A stretch of DNA of 64,000 nucleotides from Eledone cirrhosa (taxonomy: Eukaryota): the NCBI GenBank assembly GCA_964016885.1, contig OZ024741.1, forward strand, positions 361,274,001 to 361,338,000. Direction: 5' to 3'. The notes beneath the pieces were generated by a model, which was not told the DNA's origin, ran no database searches, and saw nothing but the letters and a program-made list of their open reading frames with translations. Shown here piece by piece: positions 1 through 13,246 of the stretch. The stretch's first letter is position 1, and the number at the start of each line of letters is the position of its first letter. Position numbers and translations under genes: made by a program.

Positions 1-494
1 GCAGTTGAAGGATGCAGTGATTTCTAGTAAATGTCAATTTATATAACCACACGACTATAACTAACTCCAGGGTCACCAAAGTAGTCAATGTGACTACCGG
101 GGGGGGGGGGGGGTCAAAACTTGAAACATTTCTATAAAAAAGGAAAATACATGAAATAAAACAACAAAATACAACTTTATACAGAATTCTGATTTACATT
201 TATTTTACATTCTCTTTACTGATGTATTTATTAACTTATTTATTTTTGTACATGCCTGGGGTTGAAAGGGTCAAGGATTCCATAAAAGAGGTAACTGGTC
301 TGAAACTGTTTAGTGAACCCTGACTTATTCCAATTACCTCCCCTTGAATTATTTGATTCATCCCTCTCACACAGCAGTTTAGTCATTCCATTTGGCACCT
401 AATGGGGGTGAAGGCAGCATACATTGCTGACACATCAACAATGTATTTGCTTAGAGATAAGAAGTTGAAGTCTTGACTTATTTCTACTTCCTGA

Positions 495-623
495 GTAGTA
501 AGTATGCATGTATGTGCACATATGTACATGTGTGTGTCTGTGTTTGCATGCGTGCTTGTGTGCATGTGTGTTTGTGTGCATGTGTGTGTGTGTGTGTGTG
601 TGTGTGCCTGTGTGTGTGTGTGT
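495..623. repeat. Degenerate (TG)n microsatellite
   Basis: Directly visible. Confidence 0.9.
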
Positions 624-781
624 GGAGGTCTTTAAAATGTCTTATCTCCTACATAAAACAATGTTGATTGTTCACAAGTTTTTTGTGGGGGTTTTTATCA
701 ATGTTAAATAAAGAATATTTTAAAATCTTTTCTTCCCACACCACCATCACCACACACCCAGTAAGCTCTCAGCTACTATTT

Positions 782-784
<3 letters not shown>

Positions 785-829
<45 letters not shown>

Positions 830-925
830 AAAAAAATGTATGTTAAATGATGATGATAATGATCTGTGTATGTACATATATATATATATGTATGTACATA
901 TATATATATATATGTATGTACATAT

Positions 926-1009
<84 letters not shown>

Positions 1010-1040
1010 ATGTATATGTATATATATAAATATGTATGTA
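785..1040. repeat. (TA)n/(TATG)n compound microsatellite
   Basis: Directly visible. Confidence 0.95.
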
Positions 1041-1850
1041 TCAAGAAGCACATCAACACCAGGGCCTCGTCTTTCCAGAAACACATAACCAAATGCGGAA
1101 ACAAAGACAGAAGGCCCATTGTCACAGTGCTAGCGACAGAACGCAACGTCGGCACGTTACGAATCAAGGAAGCACTTTGGATCAAACGCCTAGGGCCACA
1201 AATAAATAACCGATCTGAGAGAAGCAAGACGAGGTGGCTGGTTTAAAGAAACAAAACAACAAGACGCACACACACACACAGTGGCATTGGAATGATTGTT
1301 ATTGTGTGTATAGCGCGCCCACCATCCACCGACCAATAAACAACAACCAGGCAGACTACTACACTGCCAGTATCAAAGACTGAATATAGGTAGTATAATG
1401 GATTGACAGGTAGCACCATCCCACTCCTACAATAAAGAGGAGCTGCCTCGACCTTTGCTTGGCCGCACCTATTCCGCGCACATGCGCGCTCTACAGAATA
1501 CCTCAGTTACACACAACCAGCGGGCAACAGAGGCCATGTACCGTTCATCTCCAACAGATAACTTTCCCCTAGGAAAAACCCCCTGTTGATGAATGTGAAA
1601 TCCGAAATATAGGGACAATTAAATCTCTCCCAAGGTAACTCTATCTCGTGTTATTATTTTTATTTTTACACTCTTTCCTACATTCCTCTACACACTATAC
1701 ATCTCATTCTACATTCCCTTACATCTCTCTTCACCACCGGATTCTGTTACCCGGAGATTTACCCATCTGCATTGTTAAGGCTTCCAAAACGACCAAATTT
1801 TTTATTATTCCATAATGCTTCAAGCAAACTTCAATACTCTCATATATATG
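1040..1850 (+). mobile_element. Penelope-like element 3' fragment (GIY-YIG endonuclease C-terminus plus 3' region)
   Basis: [10 protein letters not shown]...[29 protein letters not shown] resembles the PLE endonuclease end (H...L.I.EAL.I....P.IN). Bounded by TA microsatellites on both sides. Confidence 0.8.
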
Positions 1851-1854
1851 TATG

Positions 1855-1917
<63 letters not shown>

Positions 1918-1972
1918 ATGGTGGAAACCTTTTCCCTTCTAACTCACTATCTGATTATCTTATTCTAAAAAG

Positions 1973-3330
1973 TGGGCTGAGTGCAAAAACTGTCCCTGAA
2001 AGTTCGGGCGGATTTGGCGAACACTTATATAGCGTCCGTCATCTACTACCGCCTGACCATCATGCCTTGCCCAAGGGAAATGCTCGCTAAAATGGAGCGC
2101 ACACTCTTCCAATACCTTTAGAAGAAGCGGGCTCCTATGGTGAGGAGATCCATCTGCTGTCAACACCCTTCGAAAGGAGGGCTGGGGATGCCATGGCTGA
2201 TGATGCGTAAACAGGCATTAAGGCTACGGCACCTCCAGGTATTCCTCACTGGTCAACCGGTGTGGGCCCCGTTTGTGAGGCGAGCCTTTCCCAGACTTGT
2301 CTCGCTCACCAAGCTGCAATCCTGGGTCAAGCAAAGACCAAGAAAACTGGGCGCCTGGCACACCGAGTGTGCCCAGGCGCTCACGGCTCTCTGGCAGGTG
2401 GACCCGGCTGTCAGTGGAGAATCCACCTCGTCATTCTATAGAGGGCTGGTGGTTAGCAGGTGCGACGACGCCCTCGGAGAAGCCCTAGGCATGGAGGAAA
2501 ACGAACTGGCCAACCTGTTCGGTAGGACATTCAGCCGGGACCTATGGATAACTTCCAGAGGTCCCTGGCCTGGCAGTGCTACCGAGGGGCTCTGCCCGTT
2601 CGAGAAAGGCTCTACAGACACGGGCGCCCGGGTAGGGACCCCTCGAAAAAGATCTGTCCCAGATGCATGTGCAACGAGGAAACCGTTGCACACGCATTGG
2701 TACACTGCTCGGGCATTGCCGATCTGTGGGGCTATGTCGAATGACTGCTGTCACGGGTGGGACCGATCCGGTTGACCACCGAGTCTATTGTAACGATCAA
2801 GCCACCACCCTCTTCAAAAATGAAGGAGAGGCGGTGTTTCTGTGCGTAATAGCCATGGCGAAAGAGGTTGTATGGTGGACGCGTCTGAAAGGACTGAGGT
2901 CAGACACCATTCTCTTTGACCAACAACTGATCCGTTTCTTCCGATATCATTTCGGAAGAAGGATCAGGATGGAAAGAGAGGTGCTGCGCCCCAGCCGTTT
3001 TTATGAAAGATGGGTGAAAGTGGCGAGAATGGCCCGTGTGAATGGGCCTTCACTCTACATCAGACTGTAAGTGAGAAAGATCAAGGGAGCACCCTCTCTC
3101 TGTGCTCCTGAGGAGAAGGGTTGCACACTTTTTCGGGGGTGTGTGCGACCCCCCAAGGCGCCTCCTCCCTATTGAGGATTTTGTTATTCAATTTATTTTT
3201 GTTATATTTTATATTTTATATTTTTATATTTTGTTATTGCCTCCTCCTTATTGAGGACGCCTTTTTATGTAAACTTCCCCCATTGTACTTGTCCCACTCT
3301 TTGATGCCCTGGTAGCAAATAAAAAGAAAG
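1973..3330 (+). mobile_element. 5'-truncated L1/Tx1-clade LINE with 18-bp target-site duplication
   Basis: GC-rich. Decayed ORF2 end (LSLKVRADLANTYIAS, KGGLGMP, zinc finger CPRC..EETVAHALVHC) with a stop and frameshifts, AATAAA near 3318. TSD TTATCTTATTCTAAAAAG at 1955-1972 and 3331-3348. Confidence 0.92.
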
Positions 3331-3534
3331 TTATCTTATTCTAAAAAGGTTTCTGTCTACAGACAAACATACTGATATCTTGTTATAATCCAGTAATATG
3401 TGACGTTGTTAAGGAGTGACTAAATTGTAAGTATGTTGTTATCACTGTTGTTGTTTATCCCTAGGTCAGCTCTGATCAAACAGAAAACAAAAGGTAAAGG
3501 GCCCTTAACTCTTGATAGAGCTACTCTGGCACAT

Positions 3535-3763
3535 TTAACCTTTTAGCATTTAAACCGGCCATATACGGCCAGAACTCTCTCAGCTCTTTCTGTTCAAACC
3601 GGCTGTAATTAACCACTCATACTGATGTTAAGGTATTGTTCTCAAAATAAATAATTTCAAAATCCCATAGATTCGATATTATGTGAGATAATTATGTGAG
3701 GTAAAGCCTTCACCATGAACATATAATAGTAAATATAGAGTAATGTAAATGCTAAAGGTTTAA
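3535..3763 (+). mobile_element. piggyBac-like MITE, family A
   Basis: TTAA flanks with CC(C)TTTAGCATTTA...TAAATGCTAAAGG terminal inverted repeats. Four more copies in the window. Confidence 0.8.
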
Positions 3764-4234
3764 AACCTGGAGGAGCCCATCCCTCTCCAGGTCTGAACAT
3801 AGCTGATTTATTCTAGAGACAAGGAGAGAGAAAATGAGAAAGAAAAAAAAATGATGAATCAGCTCCACTACTGAACTAGTACTTTATTTATCAACCTCAA
3901 AAGGTGGAAAAGCATAATTGGTCTCCGTAGGATTTGAACCCAGAGTGCAATGAGCAGAAATAAATGCTGAGGCATTTAATTAACTCCAGCAGCAATTTAA
4001 GTAGACCTATGATCCAAGACATTCCAGTCTTGACCATCTCACTTTTTTCTTATATACAGTGAACCCACAACCACATTATCCAACATGTCATTTTTCAAAA
4101 TGGTAGGATGTGACTTGAGAAAGTTTGGCTGCTATTTTTAGCAGGTCAATTGACTTTGTAGAGGCTCTTTCACTGACTCTTGTAGTTGTAGTATTCATTG
4201 TAGGTGTATTAGTATTGTCATAAACCTGTGCAAT

Positions 4235-4460
4235 GCAGAGAAATGAAAGATAACTAAATACCAGGCATTGCATGAGTGTGCTTTTTTATGCCAGTTACCA
4301 TTAAGTCCTTAAGTGCACTTGGTCCCCAGATTATCATTTTCCTCTGCCAAATCAAGATAAGAGCATTACACCTAAGAAAGAAGCCCTGCGAGAGGGAATG
4401 GCTGATGTAGCTGGTATATCAGTGGCTTTTCTCCAGAGCAATGTTTTTGCCAGCTTGTCT
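4235..4460 (+). mobile_element. Decayed RLE-type (CRE-like) non-LTR retrotransposon C-terminus
   Basis: Across frameshifts reads KITKYQAL..FFMPVTIKSLSALGP...EREWL..ISVAFLQSNVFASL, similar to the K..KY..L...F.P.A.ETLG.WG...QRISVAIQRGN pattern. Confidence 0.55.
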
Positions 4461-4809
4461 CATGATATAATAATAGAAGTACATTACTACCATTTCTACA
4501 GCTGTATGTTGTCTATCAAAGCATGTAAGAAATAGGTGTAATGTTATAGGGCTATTAATAATAATATTAATAATAATTATGTTGATAATAATTTGTTACA
4601 TTGGCAGAGAGCCAGAAAGCCATTTTGGAATGAAGAGTAATTTAATCTGTCCCAGTACTTGATTGGTACTTATTTTATCAACATTCCCTACTCCCCCATC
4701 CTATCCAGAAGGGCGAAAAGCAAAGTTGATTCAGAAGAGGGATAGGCAGGAATAGAAATATCACACCTACAATATATTTGTTATGACACTAATTTTTATA
4801 CCATTCCAC

Positions 4810-5228
4810 AGTAGCAGCAGTAGCAGCAGCAACAGTAGTAGTAGCAGCAGCAGCAGTATTATTAGTAGTAGTAGTAGTAGTAGTAGTAGCAGCAGCAGCA
4901 GCAGCAGCAGCAGCATTAGTAGTAGTAGTAGTAGTAGTAGTAGCAGCAGCAGCAGTAGTAGCAGCAGTAGTAGTAGGAGCAGCAGTAGTAGTAGTAATAG
5001 CAGCAGCAGCAGTAGTAGTAGTAGTAGTAGTAGTAGCAGCAGCGGCAGCAGCAGCAGCAGCAGTAGCAGCAGTAGTAGCAGCAGTAGTAGTAGGAGCAGC
5101 AGCAGCAGTAGTAGTAGTAATAGCAGCAGTAGTAGTAGTAGTAGTAGTAGTAGTAGCAGCAGCAGCAGCAGCAGCAACAGTAGTAGCAGCAGCAATAGAA
5201 GTAGTAGTAGTAGTATTACTAGTAGTAG
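4810..5228. repeat. Compound (AGT)n/(AGC)n trinucleotide repeat, about 420 bp
   Basis: Directly visible. Source of the poly-S, poly-L and poly-T/A ORFs. Confidence 0.97.
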
Positions 5229-6461
5229 TTTCCAAGCCCCATTCATATATCATCTTCAAAAGGTGCTATAAAACCATGTGGGGGCTATATATATAGAGTT
5301 GTATAAAAACCTGGGGTAGAGTAAGAGACCTTATATGATATATTAAGTTGTATTGATTTTTTTTAAATTGCTAATAATTAAGAGATATAGTTAAAGGTAT
5401 AATTAAGAAATATAGTTAAAGATATAATTAAGAGATATAGTTAAAAAGATACATAGTAATTTTTTTTTAATGTGTAGAAAACTTGCCAAACAGAGGGTCA
5501 AGAAGACTCTCCAGTTATATTAAAGACCTGACAACCTCCCTTGTATTGGTGCTGTGATAAAACGTGTACTGTGTAGAGTGCAGGGATGTATATAAATAAG
5601 ATGTGACCTCTAGCTTATCTGAGAAGTCAGAAGCTCTGATTAAGTATCGGCTTGTTCTATGACAACCCATCCAACCTTTATTGGCAAGGAAAGTGGACAT
5701 TGAATGATGTTGATGATGATGATGATGAATATGTTCATAAAGACACACGACTATAATTAAAATAGATATAATTTTTTAAATACAAGAAACAAATTAGGGC
5801 AACTCACCCAAACAAAGATAAAAAGCTGCCACTGGAGTTTGATCAGAGCACTCAACAACCTTGAGCAACTTCCACTTCCATGCACTCTATATTCAGGTAC
5901 TGTAAATTGTTGGTTGCAAAAAAGCTCATGAGTATTTTGAGTGTCAGAGTGGGTGAGAAAGGACCCACATCCTCTAGATAATTAACTATTACGTTGCTAT
6001 ATTTCTAATGAAAGAAACAACTTATGATTTTGAAAATAATGAAGAATTTGGAGGGATTTAGAAATATAACTAACTTTTCTCATGATGCATCTGGTGTTTG
6101 GAACATAACTTAACAATGGTTCTTACATGAAATTATGATGGAAAGCTATTAGATAAATATAAACACAGTTTTATATATAGTTCCAGTGGTTGTATCAGTC
6201 AGTTTGGTATAAAAAGTGTTAAGGTACTGCAATTTATAACCTTGCAAGATAGTTTTTATCAGCAATCTATTTTTTGTATGCTGTACATGACCAGAGGCCA
6301 TCTCACAAATCAGTATTTTAACTTTTCCTAAAGATTCTTGCAAGTCATTTAGCTCATTTATCAGTTGTTTGTTTGCTATATAAAGCACTGCAAACCTTAT
6401 GTTTCCATGAGGAGATAGGCTCAGCTATTACTCTTATAGCGAAGATACTGGGTTGTATGAA

Positions 6462-6859
6462 TGTAACAAAGAGACATGGTTTGTGTGTATAATATTTAAT
6501 TAACAATGGTAGATAGTATAGAACAGTATAGTTGACATGTCAAAGAAATAGATGAAAGAATGAAACAAAGTTAGTCGTTACCGTTTTGATTGCCAGGCAA
6601 ACGCGGCTGGCAGAGGACGCCTGGCGAAGGCCAGGCGCCGGAAGGGCAAATGAGAGGAAGAGAGTCGAAGGCTATTCGTTTTATAGGGCTCTGACCGGAA
6701 GTTACAGAAAGGGTTCTACTTCCTGTCTAGATGTTAATCTATTGGGGTTGTGAGTCACAACAAGGGAAACAACCGCCACACTCTATTACATGTTCCATCT
6801 GAGAGACTGAGGCCATGCTATGGCACTGCCATCTATGCACATTTTACATGCCTCCCCTT
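6462..6859 (-). mobile_element. LTR retrotransposon 3' LTR with polypurine tract
   Basis: Minus strand reads AAGGGGAGGCA followed by TGTAAAA (6848) and ends TGTTACA (6462), with an internal CTATAAAA and a late ATTAAA. No coding remnant recognised. Confidence 0.5.
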
Positions 6860-7611
6860 AGGATATACTTTTCTTTTTAGGGTCTTTTTCTTTTCTTTAT
6901 TTCTTTTATTTCTGTCCTTTCCATTTCCCCAAACAGACTACCATCCATATTCATCATTACAAAGTGATAGAGTGGTGGTGTTGGTTAAGGCCAGGTAGGT
7001 GGCTACTAACTGTTAACTTCTAGGACTAAGGACGGGTTACCTCTTCCACTATTTCTGGAGCCTCAATTAGCTTTGAGAATTCCAGTTTCTAATGGAGGAG
7101 GAACTAGCACCCCATGCATCAGCCAGAACTACATCAATTTGCTGCTTTGAAAGCATATGGAAAGTCTCTGAGTTTTTAGGGAAGCAGAGATATGTGATCT
7201 CCCAAGCCACCATTATTAAAATAATAATTATGATAAGAATAATAATAGTTTAAAAAATAAATTATCAGTGTAGTTGTCTTAATAACATTTCTAAGCTTTC
7301 ATTATAATTTAAATGATTGATGAATTTTTGGTGCACTGTATCCCACCTACCCATAAATGTTTGCAATATTTTCTGATTTATTTTACTATTTTTAAGTATA
7401 ACCCAAAGTCTTTGGTATAGTTTTGTTTGGGGAATGACTGCTCTACGAGATGCAAGTGATCATAACTATGTAATAGATCAACATAAGAAACACTGGAACT
7501 TTGAGTGTGGATGATGAACATATAATATTTCAATTTGTATCTCTTATATACAGTTTCATTTTTTAGTTTTCGTTGTTTATTTAATATTTGAAATATTATC
7601 CTCATTATTAT

Positions 7612-7920
7612 TATCATTTACCGTCCATTTTCCATGCTATCATGGGTTAGACAGGTTGTCCCATTAGAGGCAAGTTGGGTTGGGTGACCGTGTCTTGCTC
7701 ATATAGGACTGTTTCTGGCTAGGTTTCTATGGTTGGATGTCCTTCTTAATCCCAACCACATTCACAGTGTGGGCTGGGTACTTTTTGTTGTGAGACCTAC
7801 ATGACCACTTTATAGTGTGGGTTGGGTGCTTTTTGTCATGACCCCTACATGACCACTTAACAGTGTGGGTTGGGTGCTTTTTGTCATGACACCCACATGA
7901 CCGCTTTACAGTGTGGGCAT
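7612..7920 (-). mobile_element. RTE LINE 3' tail fragment
   Basis: Shares the tail (AACCCATGxTAGCATGGAAAATGGACG, internal AAAGCACCCAxCCCACACT repeats) with the RTE copies at 34520-35160 and 61587-63170. Confidence 0.75.
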
Positions 7921-8974
7921 GTTTGTTTCTAGATTGTTACTTTGTTTTATAATATAAGAAATATATCAGCATACAATTGTAACCAAGTGGTTTAGGGTGT
8001 GGTTTTCAGTAATATTTCAATGCTAATTGAAACTATTCCAACAGCTACATTGGGAGAAGTAGGTGTGTATGTTGGTAGAGAGGTACGTAGGAGGGCAGGT
8101 TGGTAGGCAGGTGAGTAGGTATGTAATTAATTATTAATAAATCAATTAATTAATCATTGTTTTATTAGCAGCAAATTAGCAAAGTCATTAGAGCATCAGA
8201 TTGTGAGGAGGAGGAGGAGGAGGAGGAGGAGGGTCAATATCTGTTCTGGCTCCGTGCGTTTTGAGTTCAAATCTTGTTGTGGTCAATTTTGTTCAGCAAC
8301 TCTGAAAGAATGAAAGGCAAAGTACCAGTCCAGAACTGTTAAAGTGTCAGATGGGATGCTTTGCAGTATCTGTTCTAGCTTTGTGTGATCTGAGTTCAAA
8401 TTCCACCTCCAGTCACTGAAAAATCACTGAGATTTCTACCAAGAATGGGAAGATCAATGGAAACATGATTTCCTTGGACTGATCTAACAATCAATTCCTC
8501 TCCTTTCTATTCTAATGTTTTATGGGAAGATCAATGGAAACATGATTTCCTTGGACTGATCTAACGATCAGCTCTCCAAATACTTATTTGCTAACGTTGA
8601 AAAGATTATGCTGTTGTGGTTTCCTGGTATTGACCTTCCATAAAATTGATTGAATATGATGATGGGGGCAGTGTGATCATTTTATAATCTTTACACTCTC
8701 CTCTTCACAATCATTTGTTCTTTAAACTTTTTCATTGCCATATTTCTAATGAAAGTCACTGCCTATGATTTTCAAATGATTTTTTAAATAATCAAGAATA
8801 TAGAGGGATTTAGAGATATAACTAACTTCTTTATTTGGTGCTTGGAACATAACTTAACAACAGTTCTTAAATCCAATTATAATAGAGAGGTTCTTAGATA
8901 AAATATAAGCACTTTAAAATAAATAGCTTTGTATTGTATAACCAGAGACGATTTCAGGTGGTTTGGTATGTAAT

Positions 8975-10229
8975 ATAATAATGAAAATATTGTGTACAGT
9001 GCTCAGGTGCACTACAACTCATCAAAAGTGTATGTATAGTACATAGGGTAATGTACAAACGTCAGGAAAATGAACAGAGCATGAGTCATGATATACACAT
9101 GTGTGCATGTATATGGAAGGGGGACATCATGTGTAGTTTTGGCGAATTTTTGGAAGCATGAGGGTTTTAAAGGATGCAGTGTCTCGACAGCTAACAACTG
9201 ACCAGGCAGTTTGTTCCATGCTTCAGCAACTCTGAGCGTGAAAAAATGTCTACGAAAGTCATGGGAACTGTGCTGTTTTCTGATTTTGTAGGCATGTCCA
9301 CGTGTGTTAGACACATGGAGATCAAAAAGGTGCTCAGGGTTGTTGTTGGCGAGATGGTTAATAACTTTGTGGGTGTTTACCAAGTCCATTGCCAGACGTT
9401 GGAGCTTCAATTAATCCATGCCCAGGGAAGCAAGGCATTCAGAGTATGGTAGGTGTCTGATGGAGGGTGTGCGCTTGGTTGCATGTCTCTGAACAGTTTC
9501 CAGGAGGTCAATGTTCTGAGCAAGATAGGGGTTCCAGACTGATGATGCGAATTCTAAGTGTGGTCGTATCATAGCTGTATACAGCTTTAAATAGATGGCT
9601 GGAGAGCAGCTAACAAAGGTCTTGCTGAATGATGCCAAGACACCCTCGGCTTTCTTGACAATTTTAGAGATGTGCTTTGTCCAACACAAATCGCTGCTGA
9701 CGGTAATGCCCAGGTCACGTTCACAAGAGGACTTCTTGATATCAGTGTTGTGGAGGGAGTATGTGGACGCTGGATTTTTCTTCCCCAAATGCATGGTGGT
9801 ACACTTGTCCACAGCCAGCTTCAGTTGCCAGTCTGTGATCCATTGCTGCATTGTGTCCAGGTCTGATTGTAGGAAAGAGTTATAGATTTCAGGATCTGTC
9901 CTTTTGATTTCAAGGTACAGCTTGCTTGATGTCATCTGCATATTTCAGTACTGTGGCATTCTTTAAGTTGGCATCTATGTCATTAAAGTATGCAACAAAC
10001 AAAAAGGGATCAAGAACAGATCCCTGTGGTACACCAGATGACATCTCATATGGTGAAGAATGCTGTCCTAGAACCGTGACTACCTCTTTTCGGCTGAGAA
10101 TGAAGGATTTCAACCAGTTAAAAAGATCATCCTTCACACCCATTGCAGAGAGTTCTACCATAAGTCTTTTGTGTGGCACAGAATTAAAAGCCTTAGCGAA
10201 GTCAAGGTAAACAACATCCACCCATGTCT
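8975..10229 (-). mobile_element. 5'-truncated CR1-clade LINE (RT domain to 3' UTR)
   Basis: VDVVYLDFAKAF, SGVPQGSVL, YADD, ERDLGI, RPHLEFASSVWNP, TRGH, FFTLRVAEAWN motifs with frameshifts. Appears inserted into a MITE end (GGTTTGGTAT...CAAGGAGGTTAA). Confidence 0.95.
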
Positions 10230-11021
10230 TCAAGGAGGTTAACCCTTTCATTAGCATATTTCTAGTAAAGACACTGCCTTTGATTTTCAAATAATTTTGA
10301 AAATAATCTGGATGAATTGGTATCAAAAGAGTTAAACAGTTTCTTATTTTATAATACGTTTATAGCCATTTTACTTTGCGAGTCACAGGACAGGTTTAAT
10401 CATTCTCATTGTGGGGGTCTTTTTGAGGTAATGTTTTATGGTCAATTGCCCATCCTGACACCAAACTCTTTTAGTCACTTATGACATGCAGAGATACAGT
10501 GCACCTATTATAAACTAAATACAAACAGAAAAACAATCCATTTATTTATAGATAGAAATGCACAAGAGTCCCTTGTCACATTATATGCAAATTGAGGTCA
10601 GGTCTGACAGGAAAACGAAGATGAAAAAAAATATAATTATAGACAAATCGTCTCCAATAAAATGTCCCAATGGGAGATGAAATAATATTGGTAGAACTGT
10701 TTGAGCAAATGGAAAATAAGACTGAAATTTCTAATTCCCATCTTTTGGCCTAACATCTGCTCTGGAGACTTTATCATGATTTTATCATGAATTTTGAAAT
10801 ATCAATGACAAATCAATACAATTTAATCCAGTTATATTCCATCATGAATAATTGATCAAGGAAAACTTCTTAGCTGCTTTATTAACTTGTGAGCAATCAA
10901 ACAACAACAATGCCAATAATGATGATGATGGTGATGATGATGATAATGATAACTGATGATGACAATGATGATTTCTAAAATAGATACAAGGCCACAAATC
11001 TTTCGGTGTGTGTGTAGAAGG

Positions 11022-11091
11022 GACTAGAACTGTTTTATTCATATGAAATCATCAGGAATGTCCTTACATTATGAATAAAACAGTTCTAGTC
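11022..11091. repeat. Perfect 22-bp inverted repeat with 26-nt loop
   Basis: GACTAGAACTGTTTTATTCATA (11022-11043) / TATGAATAAAACAGTTCTAGTC (11070-11091). Confidence 0.95.
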
Positions 11092-11357
11092 ATATAGAAG
11101 TCATTTCTTTATATATAATAACGATGCCTGTACTCCACAAATGTATTGAGTACATTTTTTAACTGTGGTTAGGCCCCGACACAGCTTGGCAATCTACATA
11201 TTATATCTATATGTGTGTGAGTGAGTGCATAGGTATTGATATGTTGTCAAGGAGTTCCCCTTGCTACCACAGTGTTTGGGAGTTAGTCCAATTTTCTGCC
11301 AACTTGGGCAAATGCCTTCTACTATACTCTCATGTTGACTAATGCTTTGTAAATCAA

Positions 11358-11395
11358 ATTTGTTAGATGGAGCCCACCATATATATGTGTCTGTG

Positions 11396-11439
<44 letters not shown>

Positions 11440-11477
11440 CACAGACACATATATATGGTGGGCTCCATCTAACAAAT
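11358..11477. repeat. Perfect 120-bp palindrome centred on (AT)n
   Basis: ATTTGTTAGATGGAGCCCACCATATATATGTGTCTGTGTATGT, then (AT)n, then its exact reverse complement. Confidence 0.95.
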
Positions 11478-12720
11478 ATATATATATATATATACAAATA
11501 TAAATTACCAAGAATCGTATTTCGGCTATTGGAAATTAGCGAAAAACAACTTCCGAGATGTGTGGCAAGCGCTCAATAAATTCTAACAAACCAGAGCTAC
11601 AACATACGTTAAAAGGCCAAACACACTGGGACGATGGTTAAACCATTATCCGCACAGCCATAGAAACGACCAAGTAATTCGGGTCAAACAAATTAAAAAA
11701 ATGTGATTGAAAAATTTGATTGAAAATATATATATATTCATTTATTTATTTATTTATTTATTTATTTAGTAATAATAAATACAAAGACCAAAGTCCAGAG
11801 AGAACTCAATAAGGATTATATATATTTATACAGGTGTGAGCTTGAGTCCCACAGATGATGCTATCCAGTTTTTTCTCTCTCTAGGGTCTTATATGCCCAG
11901 CTCGTTTGACTATTTTTCATAGTTAAAAAACCTGTGTTGAAGCACCTTACAAAATTTATAATTTTCTGAATGCTTCATAAATATAATTGATTCTTTAAAT
12001 ATGATGATGATGGACTCCTCTGTCAATCTTGATGTATAAATGTCCAGCAGCTTTAGTTTAGTCTATCTTTGACGCGTCACTTAAATTCTGTCTGTTTGAG
12101 GGACTGTATTATTAGATAACCAGACAGCTGACTGCCAAGTTTGAGAAGTATGCAAGAAATGTTTATAGCTCCCTTTCTGGGCCCCTCCCCAGATTAGAAA
12201 CAGCAGTGTTGTGTCTAAAAAAACCTGCTTTGTCATCATTGGAGGACACAGACAACACAATTGCTCACTGGTTTGTGTTAGAATGGCCATCACCTATACG
12301 TAGAATGCTAGCTAGAAACTTCCAGTAATATTCTTTACTTGTCCCCTTCACGCACGCACACACACACACATCCATCCATGACACAAAAGGCAGTACACAA
12401 CACAATGTGTTGACTTTTCAAGGTAGCTTTTCAAGTGGTGACAAGTCGTGACAATTTTATTGAACTTAGAAATTTAAGAAAAAGATTAAAATAAATGAAG
12501 CAAATTTCCATGGCACAAAACATCTGTTTAGGAAGGTCTTCCACACAGTTTCCATCTACCAAATTTCATTAACATAATTTCAGTTATAACTGTGCCCCAA
12601 ATCCTTATAAACCCCAGATCAATGTATTCAGGACTTGATTAAAGCAATTAGAAGTCCTGAGCTAGAGGTTATTAAAAAAAAACCTGTACCTGCTCACAAG
12701 ACACTTAATGAAAATTAAAT

Positions 12721-12798
12721 GTACTTGAATATACGCTTACGTACTTGAATATATGTTTACGTACTTGAATATATGCTTACGTACTTGAATATATGCTG
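12721..12798. repeat. 20-bp tandem repeat, about 4 copies (GTACTTGAATATATGCTTAC)
   Basis: Units start at 12721, 12741, 12761, 12781. Confidence 0.95.
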
Positions 12799-12902
12799 AG
12801 ATTTCAGCATCAATCCATGCCAGCCTCTAAAATGGAATTGTGCTTAATAATAATTATAATACTTTAAAGTTTTGAAAAAAAATACTGTATTTCATAGCTA
12901 TA

Positions 12903-13246
12903 CAGTGTACCCCCACTATTTGCAGTCACTGCATTTGTGGTCCCGGTTATTCGCAGAATTTTCCTTAGAAGTTAATAATTGTTCGTGGAAGCCACCGCAT
13001 ATCGTAAATCGTAAAATCGGGGAATCGTAAATATCTTCCGCGATTTTTTAACAGCTTTTTTCGTGGCAATAACGCTTTTTAACACTAAATTATTAATAAC
13101 AATATACTGTATTTGTTGGCCTATATTTTACGTTATGTTTTGATGTTTATAGGCATTTTTATGGACTACATCCAATATTAGTGGATTTTCACTCTTCTCG
13201 TGGGTGCTCTAGGAATGTAACCCCTGTGAATACCAGGGGACAACTG
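12903..13246. mobile_element. Tc1/mariner (Tigger/pogo-like) MITE
   Basis: TA|CAGTGTACCCC...GGGGACAACTG|TA ends. Interior is relatively CpG-rich. Confidence 0.75.

Noticed and set aside
89-113. Poly-G runs (also 31052, 33183, 38205) as G-quadruplex regulators
   Set aside because: Isolated homopolymers, several inside old repeats. Length is unreliable and there is no further support.
4767-5271. Poly-Ser / poly-Leu / poly-Thr-Ala ORFs
   Set aside because: Translations of an AGT/AGC microsatellite with no splice signals or domain.
7378-7617. Protein-looking short frames
   Set aside because: No recognisable motif and no consistent splice-site pair.
11515-11560. Possible hammerhead on the minus strand (GCTA...TAGC-CGAAA)
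   Set aside because: CUGANGA box is absent.
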